DNA of 60,157 bases, counting the filler. It is 4 parts of 4 records of this genome, joined end to end, with 100 filler letters (N's around TTAATTAATTAA, not from the genome) between each part and the next. Parts side by side here need not be neighbours in the genome. Positions count along the whole stretch, not along the records: positions 29,625 to 60,157 come from DRR723986_96235; 3 more parts are not named here. One strand, given 5' to 3'. Both the position numbers and the translations under genes were made by a program. Every line of letters starts with the position of its first letter. The first letter of the stretch is position 1. Below the pieces are notes generated by a model. It searched no databases and was not told the origin of the DNA. It was given only the letters and a program-made list of their open reading frames with translations. Below, one piece after another: positions 30,206-39,922 of the stretch.

Positions 30206-31189
30206 CTAATTGGTTGTTTCTAATTCAATATTGTCTGAAGTTATAATTTTGTTGTCTTTATCAACGATTACACATTCTACTCCATTAAGTTGATTTATAA
30301 AATCTAATCCTGTTTCCGCACCCATTACAAAAACAGAGGTTGCCAAAGCATCTGCTAATTCTGCGGTAATAGTAAAAATTGTTACACTTAAAATTCCAGT
30401 TGATGGTAGACCTGTTCTGGGATCAATAATGTGTGTATATAATACACCATTAAACTTTATATACTTTTCATAATTACCAGAAGTAACTACTGCACTATTC
30501 TTTACTGGTAGCCAAGAAAATACTTTATTCTTGTTTAGAGGATTTACTATAGCGACCAACCATTCTTTACCATTAGGATTTGTTCCCCAAGTATTTAAAT
30601 CACCACTTGCGTTTATTATTCCTGCAGAAACACCATTTTTAATAAGTAAAGCTTTAGCCTTATCTGCTGCATAGCCTTTACCAATAGCACCAAAACCAAT
30701 CTTCATTCCTTTTTGTTTTAAGAATACAGTTTGGTTTTCCCTTTTTAGTATAATATTTTCATAACCAACTTTAGAAACAGATTGTTCAATAGCCTCATTA
30801 GATGGCATTTTGGTCATTGAACCATCAAATTTCCAAATTTTATCCATAGATGCATAACTAATATCAAATGCACCATCTGTAAGTTCTGAAATTTTCAAAG
30901 CCCTCTCTATCAATTGATACAATTCCAAGTCTACTTTAACAGGTGCAATTCCTGCTGATGCGTTAATTTTAGATGTTTGAGAATTAGGGTCCCAAGAAGA
31001 AATAAGACGTTCTATTCTAGTAATTTCGTCAATAGCTGTATAAATATGTTTAAAACCTTCAACAGAATCATTAGCAACGATAGAAATATCGAAACGACTT
31101 CCCATCAGTTTTACAGTCTTATTGTAAACCTCCTGTCCAAAACAAAAAGATCCACTCAACAATAATATGATTAAAGCTTTAGTTCGCAA
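30206..31189 (-). CDS. apbE: FAD:protein FMN transferase
   Basis: LMGS; GAFDIS; GAIGKGYAAD; TSGNYE; HIIDPRTG; ADALAT. Confidence 0.96.
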   Translation of the reverse strand: MRTKALIILLLSGSFCFGQEVYNKTVKLMGSRFDISIVANDSVEGFKHIYTAIDEITRIERLISSWDPNSQTSKINASAGIAPVKVDLELYQLIERALKISELTDGAFDISYASMDKIWKFDGSMTKMPSNEAIEQSVSKVGYENIILKRENQTVFLKQKGMKIGFGAIGKGYAADKAKALLIKNGVSAGIINASGDLNTWGTNPNGKEWLVAIVNPLNKNKVFSWLPVKNSAVVTSGNYEKYIKFNGVLYTHIIDPRTGLPSTGILSVTIFTITAELADALATSVFVMGAETGLDFINQLNGVECVIVDKDNKIITSDNIELETTN

Positions 31190-31619
31190 ATGCCTTTAAT
31201 TTGTTATAATATTTCTCTGGTGTTGATTTTTCGTAACCCATGGCACCAAGCTCATTTCCTTCAGCATCTAGTACTACCACGAATGGAAAATAGCCATAGG
31301 TATTATATTTTTCTGCAAGTTTATTATTGTGTTCTTGTTGTTCGTCTGACAGCTTGTTTTTCTTGCGTCTTGGAAAATCCGCTTGCAACATCACAAAAGA
31401 TTCATTGGCTAACTCTTGAAATTCTTTAGTACTCCAAATTTCTCTGTCTAATTTCATGCATGGAGCACACCAATCTGATCCCTGAAAGACAAGTACAATT
31501 AGTTTATTTTTAGATGAAGCAAGAGTTTTGGCTTCCTCAAAATCGGTTATCCACTCCTGAGAAAATGCATGTGCTGACACCAGCATTAGTGCTAGTGTTA
31601 AGAATACATTCTTAAACAT
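31179..31619 (-). CDS. Exported thioredoxin-fold protein
   Basis: Signal peptide; FQGSDWCAPC; FP. Confidence 0.9.
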   Translation of the reverse strand: MFKNVFLTLALMLVSAHAFSQEWITDFEEAKTLASSKNKLIVLVFQGSDWCAPCMKLDREIWSTKEFQELANESFVMLQADFPRRKKNKLSDEQQEHNNKLAEKYNTYGYFPFVVVLDAEGNELGAMGYEKSTPEKYYNKLKAFAN

Positions 31620-31696
31620 ATTGATGATTTAGTAGTTTCAATATATAACATTAATTCAGTAATTAAATTGTGTAACCGAATAAAAAAAGAAAAAAC

Positions 31697-32920
31697 TTAA
31701 TCAAGAAGATCAATATGCCTATCGTGATATCCTAATAAGTATAACACACCATCTAATCCTATGCTAGATATAGAACTTTGCGCATTATCTTTTACCTTGG
31801 GTTTAGCATGAAATGCGATACCTAAGCCTGCTAGATTTAGCATTTGCAAATCATTAGCACCATCGCCAACTGCAATAGTCTGGCTAATATCAATACCCAT
31901 ATTATTAGCCAATAATTGTAAATATTCTGCTTTTTTATTACCATCTACAATATCACCAATATAACCACCAGTTAATTCACCATTTACAATTTCAAGTTCA
32001 TTAGCATACACAAAATCAATGTCTAATTTTTCTTTTAAATAGTAACCAAAATAGGTGAATCCTCCTGATAATATAGCTGTTTTAAAACCATAGCTATGAA
32101 GTGTATCAACGAGTCGTCTAGCACCTTTGGTAATTGGTAATTTTTCTGCAACCTCTTGTAAAACTTCTTCTTTTAATCCTTTTAAAAGTTTCATTCGCCT
32201 TTTAAAGCTTTCATTAAAATCAATTTCACCTTGCATTGCAGATTCGGTAATTGCTCTTACTTCATTGCCTACTCCAGCTAAATCTGCTAATTCATCAATT
32301 ACCTCTGTTTGGATTAATGTAGAATCCATATCAAAACAAACCAATCTACGGTTTCTTCTAAAAATATTATCCTCTTGGAAAGCAATATCTACATCTAATT
32401 CTCTTGATATATCCATAAATTTTTCAGTGAATTCAGCTTTATCTTCAATCTTCCCGCGAATTGATAGTTGAATTGATGCTCTTGGATACTCTTCTTCCTT
32501 TTTAAGTGATAAACGTCCTGTAAGTCGTTTTATAGAGTCAATATTTAGATTTCTGTCTGAAATAATTTTAGTGACTTCTGAAATTTGTTCGGCCGCCAGT
32601 TTTTCTCCTAGAATAGTTACAATATATCTGTCTTTACCTTGAAGATTTACCCAATCTTCATAATCTTCAGATGTAATTGGTGAAAATTTAGCCGTTATAC
32701 CTAATTCGTATGACTTAAATAGTAAATCTTTTAGTACTGCTGCAGATTTTTTACCCGAATCAATTTCAAACAAAATACCTAATGATAAAGTATCATGGAT
32801 ATTTGCCTGACCTATATCTAAAACTTTAGCACCATATTGAGCCAACACACCTGTTAAGCCTGAGGTTAAACCTGGTTTGTCTTGTCCCGAAATATTCAAT
32901 AAAAAAATATCTGTAGCCAC
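31697..32920 (-). CDS. serB: Phosphoserine phosphatase with N-terminal ACT domains
   Basis: GQDKPG ACT motif; FDMDSTLI; SGGF; GDGANDL; GTG start. Confidence 0.96.
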   Translation of the reverse strand: MATDIFLLNISGQDKPGLTSGLTGVLAQYGAKVLDIGQANIHDTLSLGILFEIDSGKKSAAVLKDLLFKSYELGITAKFSPITSEDYEDWVNLQGKDRYIVTILGEKLAAEQISEVTKIISDRNLNIDSIKRLTGRLSLKKEEEYPRASIQLSIRGKIEDKAEFTEKFMDISRELDVDIAFQEDNIFRRNRRLVCFDMDSTLIQTEVIDELADLAGVGNEVRAITESAMQGEIDFNESFKRRMKLLKGLKEEVLQEVAEKLPITKGARRLVDTLHSYGFKTAILSGGFTYFGYYLKEKLDIDFVYANELEIVNGELTGGYIGDIVDGNKKAEYLQLLANNMGIDISQTIAVGDGANDLQMLNLAGLGIAFHAKPKVKDNAQSSISSIGLDGVLYLLGYHDRHIDLLD

Positions 32921-33051
32921 AATAAATAAGATAACGATTAAGAGTTGTAAAAATGATTATTCTTATTGAGAAATAAAAATTATTTGAGATGCGAATAATT
33001 TAAAAATACAGGCAATTCACTACTAAATCCTTAAGTGAAATGAAGTTACAA

Positions 33052-33537
33052 TTACTTAATAAACCTACTATGCCAACTGTCACTTGCAGGAACTTCCCAA
33101 TTATCTTTGAACTCTGCGATGTTTGTCACTAGATTATTAAATACAATTGTGTTTTTAGATACTGACTTATTTTTAGCCATTTTTTTGAAATCCATCAAGG
33201 GTTTATAGGCAATAAATTCACCTTGCTTGTAAGATACATTCATTTTATCTATTAAATCTACCTTGTATTGTTCTTCTAATCCTTGAATAAAATGTACCGA
33301 AGCATCAATAGAACAGCCAGTTGCACTATTTAAGTCTTGGTTTAATGCGATCACTATAAAACGCTTATAAACAATCTTATAGCCAGATTGCAGATCTTTA
33401 CCATGTGCTGTCCAAGCATCAATAAATTCTTCTAGTTGTTTTTGTAATTGAGATATTTCAGCCTCAGTAAAAGAACGATTTGCCTGGTAAATCCAGACTC
33501 TAGATTCTTCTGGTAATTTGTCAAAATCCACTAACAT
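33052..33537 (-). CDS. Conserved Bacteroidota hypothetical protein with GCSID motif (often mislabelled ABC transporter ATPase)
   Basis: SRVWIYQ; WTAHG; TGCSID; VFNN; SWH; no Walker A motif. Confidence 0.75.
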   Translation of the reverse strand: MLVDFDKLPEESRVWIYQANRSFTEAEISQLQKQLEEFIDAWTAHGKDLQSGYKIVYKRFIVIALNQDLNSATGCSIDASVHFIQGLEEQYKVDLIDKMNVSYKQGEFIAYKPLMDFKKMAKNKSVSKNTIVFNNLVTNIAEFKDNWEVPASDSWHSRFIK

Positions 33538-33557
33538 AAAAGCATCTTAATTTATTG

Positions 33558-33565
33558 CAAAAATA
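33558..33565 (-). promoter_or_regulatory. Bacteroidota -7 promoter element
   Basis: TATTTTTG 20 nt upstream of the ATG at 33537. Confidence 0.5.
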
Positions 33566-33570
33566 AATAT

Positions 33571-35064
33571 TTACATCCAATCTTTGTTCTCGTATTCTAC
33601 TTTATAAAGCAAATAATTTTTTATATCATTTGCTGTTTGTAATTCCACATGAGGAATTGTAATTGGTTTTGAAGCAGAATAGATAATAACTGAAGCCACT
33701 CCTCTACGCTTTTGGAAAATGGTTTGTTTTACTGTAACACCTTGTGTCTTTTTAATTTCTAAATAGCTGGTGTGCGTTTCTATAAGCATGCCATAACCCA
33801 CAACAATGTAGTCAGCATCAATATGGTAATAAGCTTTTCTATAGGTAACAAATGCATTTACTATAACATATGCAATGAGAGGAATATTAATTAGTAATAA
33901 TTTTGATGGTGAAAAGTAAAGACCAATATTAATTAATAGCACAATAACAAACCCAATCCAAAACATACGGTACTTTAGATATAAGTGAGGTTTGTTTTTA
34001 ATTAATTGCTTCTGAACATTAGGATAGAACTGTTCTACCACCTCATTGATTTGTAATTTACTAAGACCTACAACATTAAATCTTAATTGCTGTTTTTTGT
34101 TGGTCATAGCTTGTGTAAAGGATAATTTATATAAGCCTAATGCACGTTTAACTCTATTTGTAGACGCTATTGTATTTTGAATTCTACCATCTGATAAACT
34201 CAAATTTATTTTATTAAATAATCCTTTTGAGATTTCTAACCCATTAGGCTTTCTTATTACAGTTAGATTAAAGTTTTGGATGAGCATTTTTATCAATGAC
34301 AGAACAAAGGATAAAATTAATAAGACGGCAACGATTGTAAGATTTAGCAGTAGCATGCCCACCACCAATTTAGCATCTAATTGTAGCCATTTTCCAAATT
34401 TTGATGAAAGATTAATCTGTTCTATAAATTCTTTGATATCATTATATATACCAATTATAAAAGCCATGATAAGAATAAAACTCTTAAAATGATTTTCGCT
34501 GATACCTTCTAATAACAATCTTTTAACTGATGCTTTGTGATAGATTGCTGCTTTTGGCTCATCTGTTCCTTCCTCTAGTGGATGCTTAATGCCTGCTAGT
34601 AAATTTTCCTTTAGAGCCATTGCTTTATCGCGCGAGAGTGCCACAATTTCTATCTCAGTTTTATCATCACCAGCGGTTTCAACAGATACAGATACTACAT
34701 TAATGAGTTGTTGAATTAAATTTTGCTTTATATATACATTCTGAATTTTATCCTTAGAAACTGAAATTTCTTCTTTATTAATAACTCCTTTACGAAGAAA
34801 GAAGTAATTATCTTTTACATAGAACTTAAAATTCAAATACTTTAATATAGCTATAGAGAGAAAAAGAACAACAAAACCTATACAACTCAATAGAAATATA
34901 GGATTAGATAAATCTGGCGTTTTATCGCTTCTAATATATTTTAGAAAGAGTGCAATGAAGGCAATGAAAAGACCTCTTATAACTTTGTATGCAGTAACGC
35001 CAAAAATTACAACAATTCCCTTCGCAGATTGTCTCGAAGGCTCCTCGAAATTAAAAGCGCTCAT
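33571..35064 (-). CDS. Bacterial PH-domain membrane protein, YdbT-like
   Basis: Three TM-hairpin plus PH repeats (KIQNV, RIQN, KTQGV; ETAG). Confidence 0.85.
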   Translation of the reverse strand: MSAFNFEEPSRQSAKGIVVIFGVTAYKVIRGLFIAFIALFLKYIRSDKTPDLSNPIFLLSCIGFVVLFLSIAILKYLNFKFYVKDNYFFLRKGVINKEEISVSKDKIQNVYIKQNLIQQLINVVSVSVETAGDDKTEIEIVALSRDKAMALKENLLAGIKHPLEEGTDEPKAAIYHKASVKRLLLEGISENHFKSFILIMAFIIGIYNDIKEFIEQINLSSKFGKWLQLDAKLVVGMLLLNLTIVAVLLILSFVLSLIKMLIQNFNLTVIRKPNGLEISKGLFNKINLSLSDGRIQNTIASTNRVKRALGLYKLSFTQAMTNKKQQLRFNVVGLSKLQINEVVEQFYPNVQKQLIKNKPHLYLKYRMFWIGFVIVLLINIGLYFSPSKLLLINIPLIAYVIVNAFVTYRKAYYHIDADYIVVGYGMLIETHTSYLEIKKTQGVTVKQTIFQKRRGVASVIIYSASKPITIPHVELQTANDIKNYLLYKVEYENKDWM

Positions 35065-35572
35065 TGATAATCTCGGTTAAAAACGCGTATTGCTTTTGTG
35101 CGATATCTTTTGGTAAGCCTTTTATAGCTAAATCACCACCAGACTCACCTGCTGAGTATATTTTGAGAGTAGATAAACCTAGTTTTCTTGCGATAAATGA
35201 TCTAGCAATTTCTATATGCTGAATTCTATTGTAAGGCAAGGTTAGTGTTTTATTAACCAAATATCCATGACTGTAGGTCATATCCCTTTCGCGAATAGCA
35301 TATTTACGTTTCTTAAATCCTAAATAACTAATGAATAACGTTATAAGGCACAATACAAATAATACAATAGCTACATGAATTAGAGCTTCATCGATGTCTG
35401 AATCCTTAGCAAATACATTTACCAATAAAACAGAACCAAACAGAACAAAATAGGTGATTAATGTATTGAATATTACAATATAGAAGTATTTTGGTGAAAT
35501 AGGATGAAGCAATTGCTCTTCTGCCTTAGGCAAGGATTCAACAGCTATTTGATTATTTTCAAAAAGAGACAT
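35051..35572 (-). CDS. Bacterial PH-domain membrane protein, YdbS-like
   Basis: Two TM segments; LPYNRIQHIE; IYSAG...LAIKGL. Confidence 0.87.
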   Translation of the reverse strand: MSLFENNQIAVESLPKAEEQLLHPISPKYFYIVIFNTLITYFVLFGSVLLVNVFAKDSDIDEALIHVAIVLFVLCLITLFISYLGFKKRKYAIRERDMTYSHGYLVNKTLTLPYNRIQHIEIARSFIARKLGLSTLKIYSAGESGGDLAIKGLPKDIAQKQYAFLTEIINERF

Positions 35573-35584
35573 CTTAATTACATA

Positions 35585-36367
35585 CTAAGAGTTAGCAATT
35601 AATTCTGCCACGTCTAAAACAGTTACACTATCTTCTTTTTCTTTAGCTTTTATACCATCTGTCATCATGGTGTTGCAATAAGGGCAACCCGTTGCAATGA
35701 TATTTGGTTTTGTTTCTAAAGCATCTTGTGTTCTAAGAACGTTTATGTCCATATCACCTTTCTCTGGCTCTTTAAACATTTGTGCTCCACCTGCACCACA
35801 GCAAAGCGCGGTGTTTTTATGGCGTTTCATCTCAACTAAAGTAGCTTTTGTTTTTTGTAAAGCTTTTCTAGGTGCATCATAAACACTGTTAGCTCTGCCT
35901 AAGTAGCAAGGATCGTGAAATGTAATACGTTTGCCTTTATAGGTATTTCCTTCTATAGTTAATCTACCAGCATCTACTAACTCGTTAATATATTGTGTAT
36001 GATGAATAACATCATAATTTCCACCAAGACTAGGATATTCATTTTTAATACAGTTAAATGAATGTGGATCGCAAGTTACAATACGTTTTATTTCATAGGC
36101 GTTTAACACTTCAATATTCATCATGGCTTGCATCTGAAATAAGAACTCATTTCCTGCACGTTTTGCGACATCTCCAGTATTACTTTCTTCTGTTCCTAAA
36201 ACCGCAAAATCTACCTTAGCTCTATTTAATATCTTAACGAAAGCTTTAGTAATTTTCTTTGCTCTATCATCATAACTACCAGCAGAACCTACCCAAAATA
36301 ATATTTCTGGTTGTTTACCTTCTGCCATAAACTCTGCCATTGTAGGCACTTTTAATTCTTCGCTCAT
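35585..36367 (-). CDS. CCG-domain (Fe-S)-binding oxidoreductase subunit (FadF/GlpC/HdrD-like C-terminal half)
   Basis: HDPCYLGR; CCGAGG; TGCPYC; first CCG domain degenerate. Confidence 0.9.
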   Translation of the reverse strand: MSEELKVPTMAEFMAEGKQPEILFWVGSAGSYDDRAKKITKAFVKILNRAKVDFAVLGTEESNTGDVAKRAGNEFLFQMQAMMNIEVLNAYEIKRIVTCDPHSFNCIKNEYPSLGGNYDVIHHTQYINELVDAGRLTIEGNTYKGKRITFHDPCYLGRANSVYDAPRKALQKTKATLVEMKRHKNTALCCGAGGAQMFKEPEKGDMDINVLRTQDALETKPNIIATGCPYCNTMMTDGIKAKEKEDSVTVLDVAELIANS

Positions 36368-36371
36368 AATC

Positions 36372-37685
36372 TTATTCTTTTGCCCAATTTAACCTGTCCT
36401 GCTGATTGTATGGCCAAGGTGCACCATTGTTTTCAATGTTGGTCATCATATTATTCAACTCCATTGGCGCTGCACTTTGCTCCATTACTAAATAACGTCG
36501 CATCTCAATAATTATAGATAATGGATCTATACTTACAGGACATGCTTCTACACATGCATTGCAAGTAGTACAGGCCCATAACTCTTCATTTGTAATGTAA
36601 TCGCCCAGAAGTTGTTTACCGTCATCTTTAAACTCGCCATTGTTGGCATCAATATTTTTTCCTACTTCTTCAAGACGATCTCTGGTATCCATCATTATCT
36701 TTCGAGGTGATAATTTTTTACCTGTAAGATTTGCAGGGCATTCACTTGTACATCGCCCACATTCAGTACATGTGTAAGCATTAAGCAATTGAATTTGGTT
36801 TAAATCCATAACATCACTTGCTCCAAATTTTACAGGCATTTCATCATCTGCTCCTTCTGTAGGTGCGGCAAATGGATCTGCATTCGGATCCATCATTAAT
36901 TTTACCTCATTGGTAACTGCTTCTAGATTATCGAATTGACCTTTAGGATTTACTCTACCAAAATAAGTGTTAGGAAATGCAAGTAAAATATGCAAATGCT
37001 TAGAGAAATATAAATAGTTTAAGAACACTAATATTCCTAAAATATGTAACCACCATGCGGTTCGTTCTATAGTGTGCAATGTCGCTTCGGAAAATCCTTC
37101 GAACCAAGGTGCTATGAATTGAGAAACTACATTACCAGCTCCCATTTCCTGAAATGGTGTGTCTGTGGCATTCATTACCAGGAATAAACACATCAGTACT
37201 ACTTCAAAATAAAGAATGATATTACCGTCATTCTTTGGCCAACCTTTCATCTCAGTGCTTAAGAATCGCTTCAACTTAATTACATTACGTCTTAACCAAA
37301 AGATAACTACTGTAATTAAAACGAGTACTGCGAGAATTTCAAAAGAACCTATCAGGAATCCGTAAACGGATTCTGGCAGAACTTTTAAACCAATTCTGTG
37401 TGTGCCAAAAAGTCCATCAATGATAATCTCAAGGACTTCAATGTTAATTATAACAAAACCTACATAAACAACAACATGCAGTATACCTGCTATGGGCCGT
37501 TTCACCATTTTGCTCTGTCCCAGTGCAATACGCGCCATGTTTTTCCAACGCTGAGATTTATTATCGCTCGCATCAACTACTTGTCCAAGTTTAATGTTTC
37601 GGATTAGTTTTTTTATATTTTTTGCAAAATAGCCAATGCCCACAATTAGGGCGATTGCAAAAATTATATTAGGTATATATTCCAT
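36372..37685 (-). CDS. Membrane-bound 2x[4Fe-4S] oxidoreductase subunit (FadF-like N-terminal half)
   Basis: TM helices with His (WWLH, SKHLH); CTECGRCTSECP; CTTCNACVEACP. Confidence 0.9.
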   Translation of the reverse strand: MEYIPNIIFAIALIVGIGYFAKNIKKLIRNIKLGQVVDASDNKSQRWKNMARIALGQSKMVKRPIAGILHVVVYVGFVIINIEVLEIIIDGLFGTHRIGLKVLPESVYGFLIGSFEILAVLVLITVVIFWLRRNVIKLKRFLSTEMKGWPKNDGNIILYFEVVLMCLFLVMNATDTPFQEMGAGNVVSQFIAPWFEGFSEATLHTIERTAWWLHILGILVFLNYLYFSKHLHILLAFPNTYFGRVNPKGQFDNLEAVTNEVKLMMDPNADPFAAPTEGADDEMPVKFGASDVMDLNQIQLLNAYTCTECGRCTSECPANLTGKKLSPRKIMMDTRDRLEEVGKNIDANNGEFKDDGKQLLGDYITNEELWACTTCNACVEACPVSIDPLSIIIEMRRYLVMEQSAAPMELNNMMTNIENNGAPWPYNQQDRLNWAKE

Positions 37686-37696
37686 AGTAATACAGT

Positions 37697-38638
37697 CTAA
37701 TTCTTTTGTTCTTCGGTTGGTGGTGTATAGGGAATTTCTTTCTTAGATAATATTCGTCTGTATCTTGCCGGATGCAGCTTTATATCTAATAATAATAATT
37801 CCATCTCCTTCGATGCTGCTTCTAAATTATTATACAAACTATCATCATTTAATAATTTGCCAATTGTACCTTCATTATTATCTATACTTGCCATGATGCC
37901 TTGTATACCCTCTAATGTAGTATTAAGGTTATTTACGGTTTTGGATAAGTCTACTTCTTTAAGATCTGCAGAAAGCTCACTTAAATCCTTACTGGTTTTT
38001 TCAAAATTGTCTAATACCGAAGCAATTTTAGCATCATTTTGCTTTATGACATTTTGAATTGAGTTTGATAAGGTTTTAAAGGATTTTAACGTTGTATTTA
38101 GCTCTGCTATTGTACTCTGAAGACCTTCATCGGACTCATCAACCACCAACTTATTTAAATTGGTCATTAAGGTGTCTGCAGAACGAATAGTGCTGTCTAA
38201 ATCAGAACTAATACCTGAGAAATTACTTTTTAAAGATGTTATTAATCCTGGTTGTACTTCAGACTGAATAAAATCACCAGGTTGTGCTATATCATTATCA
38301 TTGGCTCTAACTATGGCTAATGCATTACCACCCATTAGACCTGTTTCATATAAGCGTATAATGCTATTTTTTGAAAACTTTAGTTTTGGATTAACAGTGA
38401 ATGAAACACGTGTCTTACCAGACTCAAAATCGTACTTAATGTCTTCTATTTTACCAACCTTATTTCCTTTAATGGTTACTGACGAAGATGTGCTTAAAGC
38501 ATTATAATCAAATTCTGTGTAGTAGGTATTTGTTGTAGTGAATAAATCTTCACCTTTTAGAAAGGTGAATAAATAAATAAAAAGAGCAATACCAGATAAT
38601 ACTAGAATTGCTGTTTTAACTTCTCTTGAAATCTTCAA
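37697..38638 (-). CDS. mlaD: MlaD/MCE family protein
   Basis: N-terminal TM; V.IKG.KVGKI MCE core; GLMGG; helical tail; GTIGKLLND; TTG start. Confidence 0.88.
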   Translation of the reverse strand: MKISREVKTAILVLSGIALFIYLFTFLKGEDLFTTTNTYYTEFDYNALSTSSSVTIKGNKVGKIEDIKYDFESGKTRVSFTVNPKLKFSKNSIIRLYETGLMGGNALAIVRANDNDIAQPGDFIQSEVQPGLITSLKSNFSGISSDLDSTIRSADTLMTNLNKLVVDESDEGLQSTIAELNTTLKSFKTLSNSIQNVIKQNDAKIASVLDNFEKTSKDLSELSADLKEVDLSKTVNNLNTTLEGIQGIMASIDNNEGTIGKLLNDDSLYNNLEAASKEMELLLLDIKLHPARYRRILSKKEIPYTPPTEEQKN

Positions 38639-38693
38639 TTGTCTTTGCTTTGGTTAGAAACAAAATTAGGAATAAATTTATTAAGAGTATAAA

Positions 38694-39851
38694 TTAATTT
38701 GAACCATCTTTTAAGGCTTCTGAAACACTGATTTGTTCACCATTTTTATAAGCCACAACAAAGCAAGATGTGTATCCTTTTTGTTTAGCTTCTTCCTGCA
38801 GTTTTTGAATCTCATTGTAGTCTGAAGTGGCACCATAATAGTACTTATATAACTTCCCTATTTTGGTTTTACTGATATTAGACAAGCCATTGAAGTTATA
38901 CGATTTTGGTGCTAAATCTCTTGAGCTTGCTGCAATCTGCACCTTAAATGTTACATCTTTTATAACTTTAGGTTCTTCAACATCCACAGCACTATTTTCC
39001 TCTTCTATACCAAGAATATTACTTCCAACATTTTGGTCTAACTCTTTCTTATATGCTAAAATAGCATCTTTAATAGCGGTAGCTATATTGGCTTGCCCAC
39101 TTTTAGAATTTAAGTAGGCTCCTTCTTTTTTATTTGTAATAAAGCCTGTTTCTATGAGTACACTTGGCATATATGTATTGTGCATTACCCAGAGACTAGC
39201 TTGTTTAATTCCTCTACTCTTTCTTTTTAGCTTGCCAGCAAAATTATCTTCAATCTTTCGCGCTAAAATTATACTCTGTTCCACATACACTTCTTGCTCA
39301 ATACCAATCGCTATAGTAGACTCAGGCGAGCTAGGATCGAAACCAGCATAGTTCTCTTCGTAATTCTCTTCTAAAAAAATAACTTCATTTTCTGCTTTCG
39401 CTACAGACATGTTACGCTCAGAATTTTTTGCACCAAGCACAAATGTTTCGGTGCCATAAGCTTGGGTATGGTGTGCATTACAGTGTATTGATACAAATAG
39501 ATCGGCATCTGCTTTATTTGCTATTTTGGCTCTATTTCTTAAGGTAACAAAGACATCCGTTTTACGCGTATAAATTACTTTAAATTGAGGGTTTTTCTCA
39601 AGTTCTTTTCCAACCTTCAAAGCTAATTTTAAGGCGATATCTTTTTCTTTATAACCATTCTTAGTAGGACGACCAGGATCATGACCACCATGACCAGCAT
39701 CAATCACTACAACAAATCTATCATCTTGAGCATGTAAACGGCTCACTGATGTTAAAGAAGTGATAAATGTGAGAACAAATAGTACTATTATATATTTAGG
39801 TGTCGTTTGCATATTTAAAATAACGGTTAATAGACTTGTATTATTACGCAT
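38694..39851 (-). CDS. N-acetylmuramoyl-L-alanine amidase (Amidase_3) with C-terminal SPOR-like domain
   Basis: IDAGHGGHDPG; EKDIAL; FVSIHCNA; SVLIETGF; start may be the downstream Met. Confidence 0.93.
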   Translation of the reverse strand: MRNNTSLLTVILNMQTTPKYIIVLFVLTFITSLTSVSRLHAQDDRFVVVIDAGHGGHDPGRPTKNGYKEKDIALKLALKVGKELEKNPQFKVIYTRKTDVFVTLRNRAKIANKADADLFVSIHCNAHHTQAYGTETFVLGAKNSERNMSVAKAENEVIFLEENYEENYAGFDPSSPESTIAIGIEQEVYVEQSIILARKIEDNFAGKLKRKSRGIKQASLWVMHNTYMPSVLIETGFITNKKEGAYLNSKSGQANIATAIKDAILAYKKELDQNVGSNILGIEEENSAVDVEEPKVIKDVTFKVQIAASSRDLAPKSYNFNGLSNISKTKIGKLYKYYYGATSDYNEIQKLQEEAKQKGYTSCFVVAYKNGEQISVSEALKDGSN

Positions 39852-39922
39852 TAGTTATAGTAAAATCAGTATTTTTAACTTTATTGAATTAATAATTTAA
39901 TCACAAAAAAATATCTGTACTT

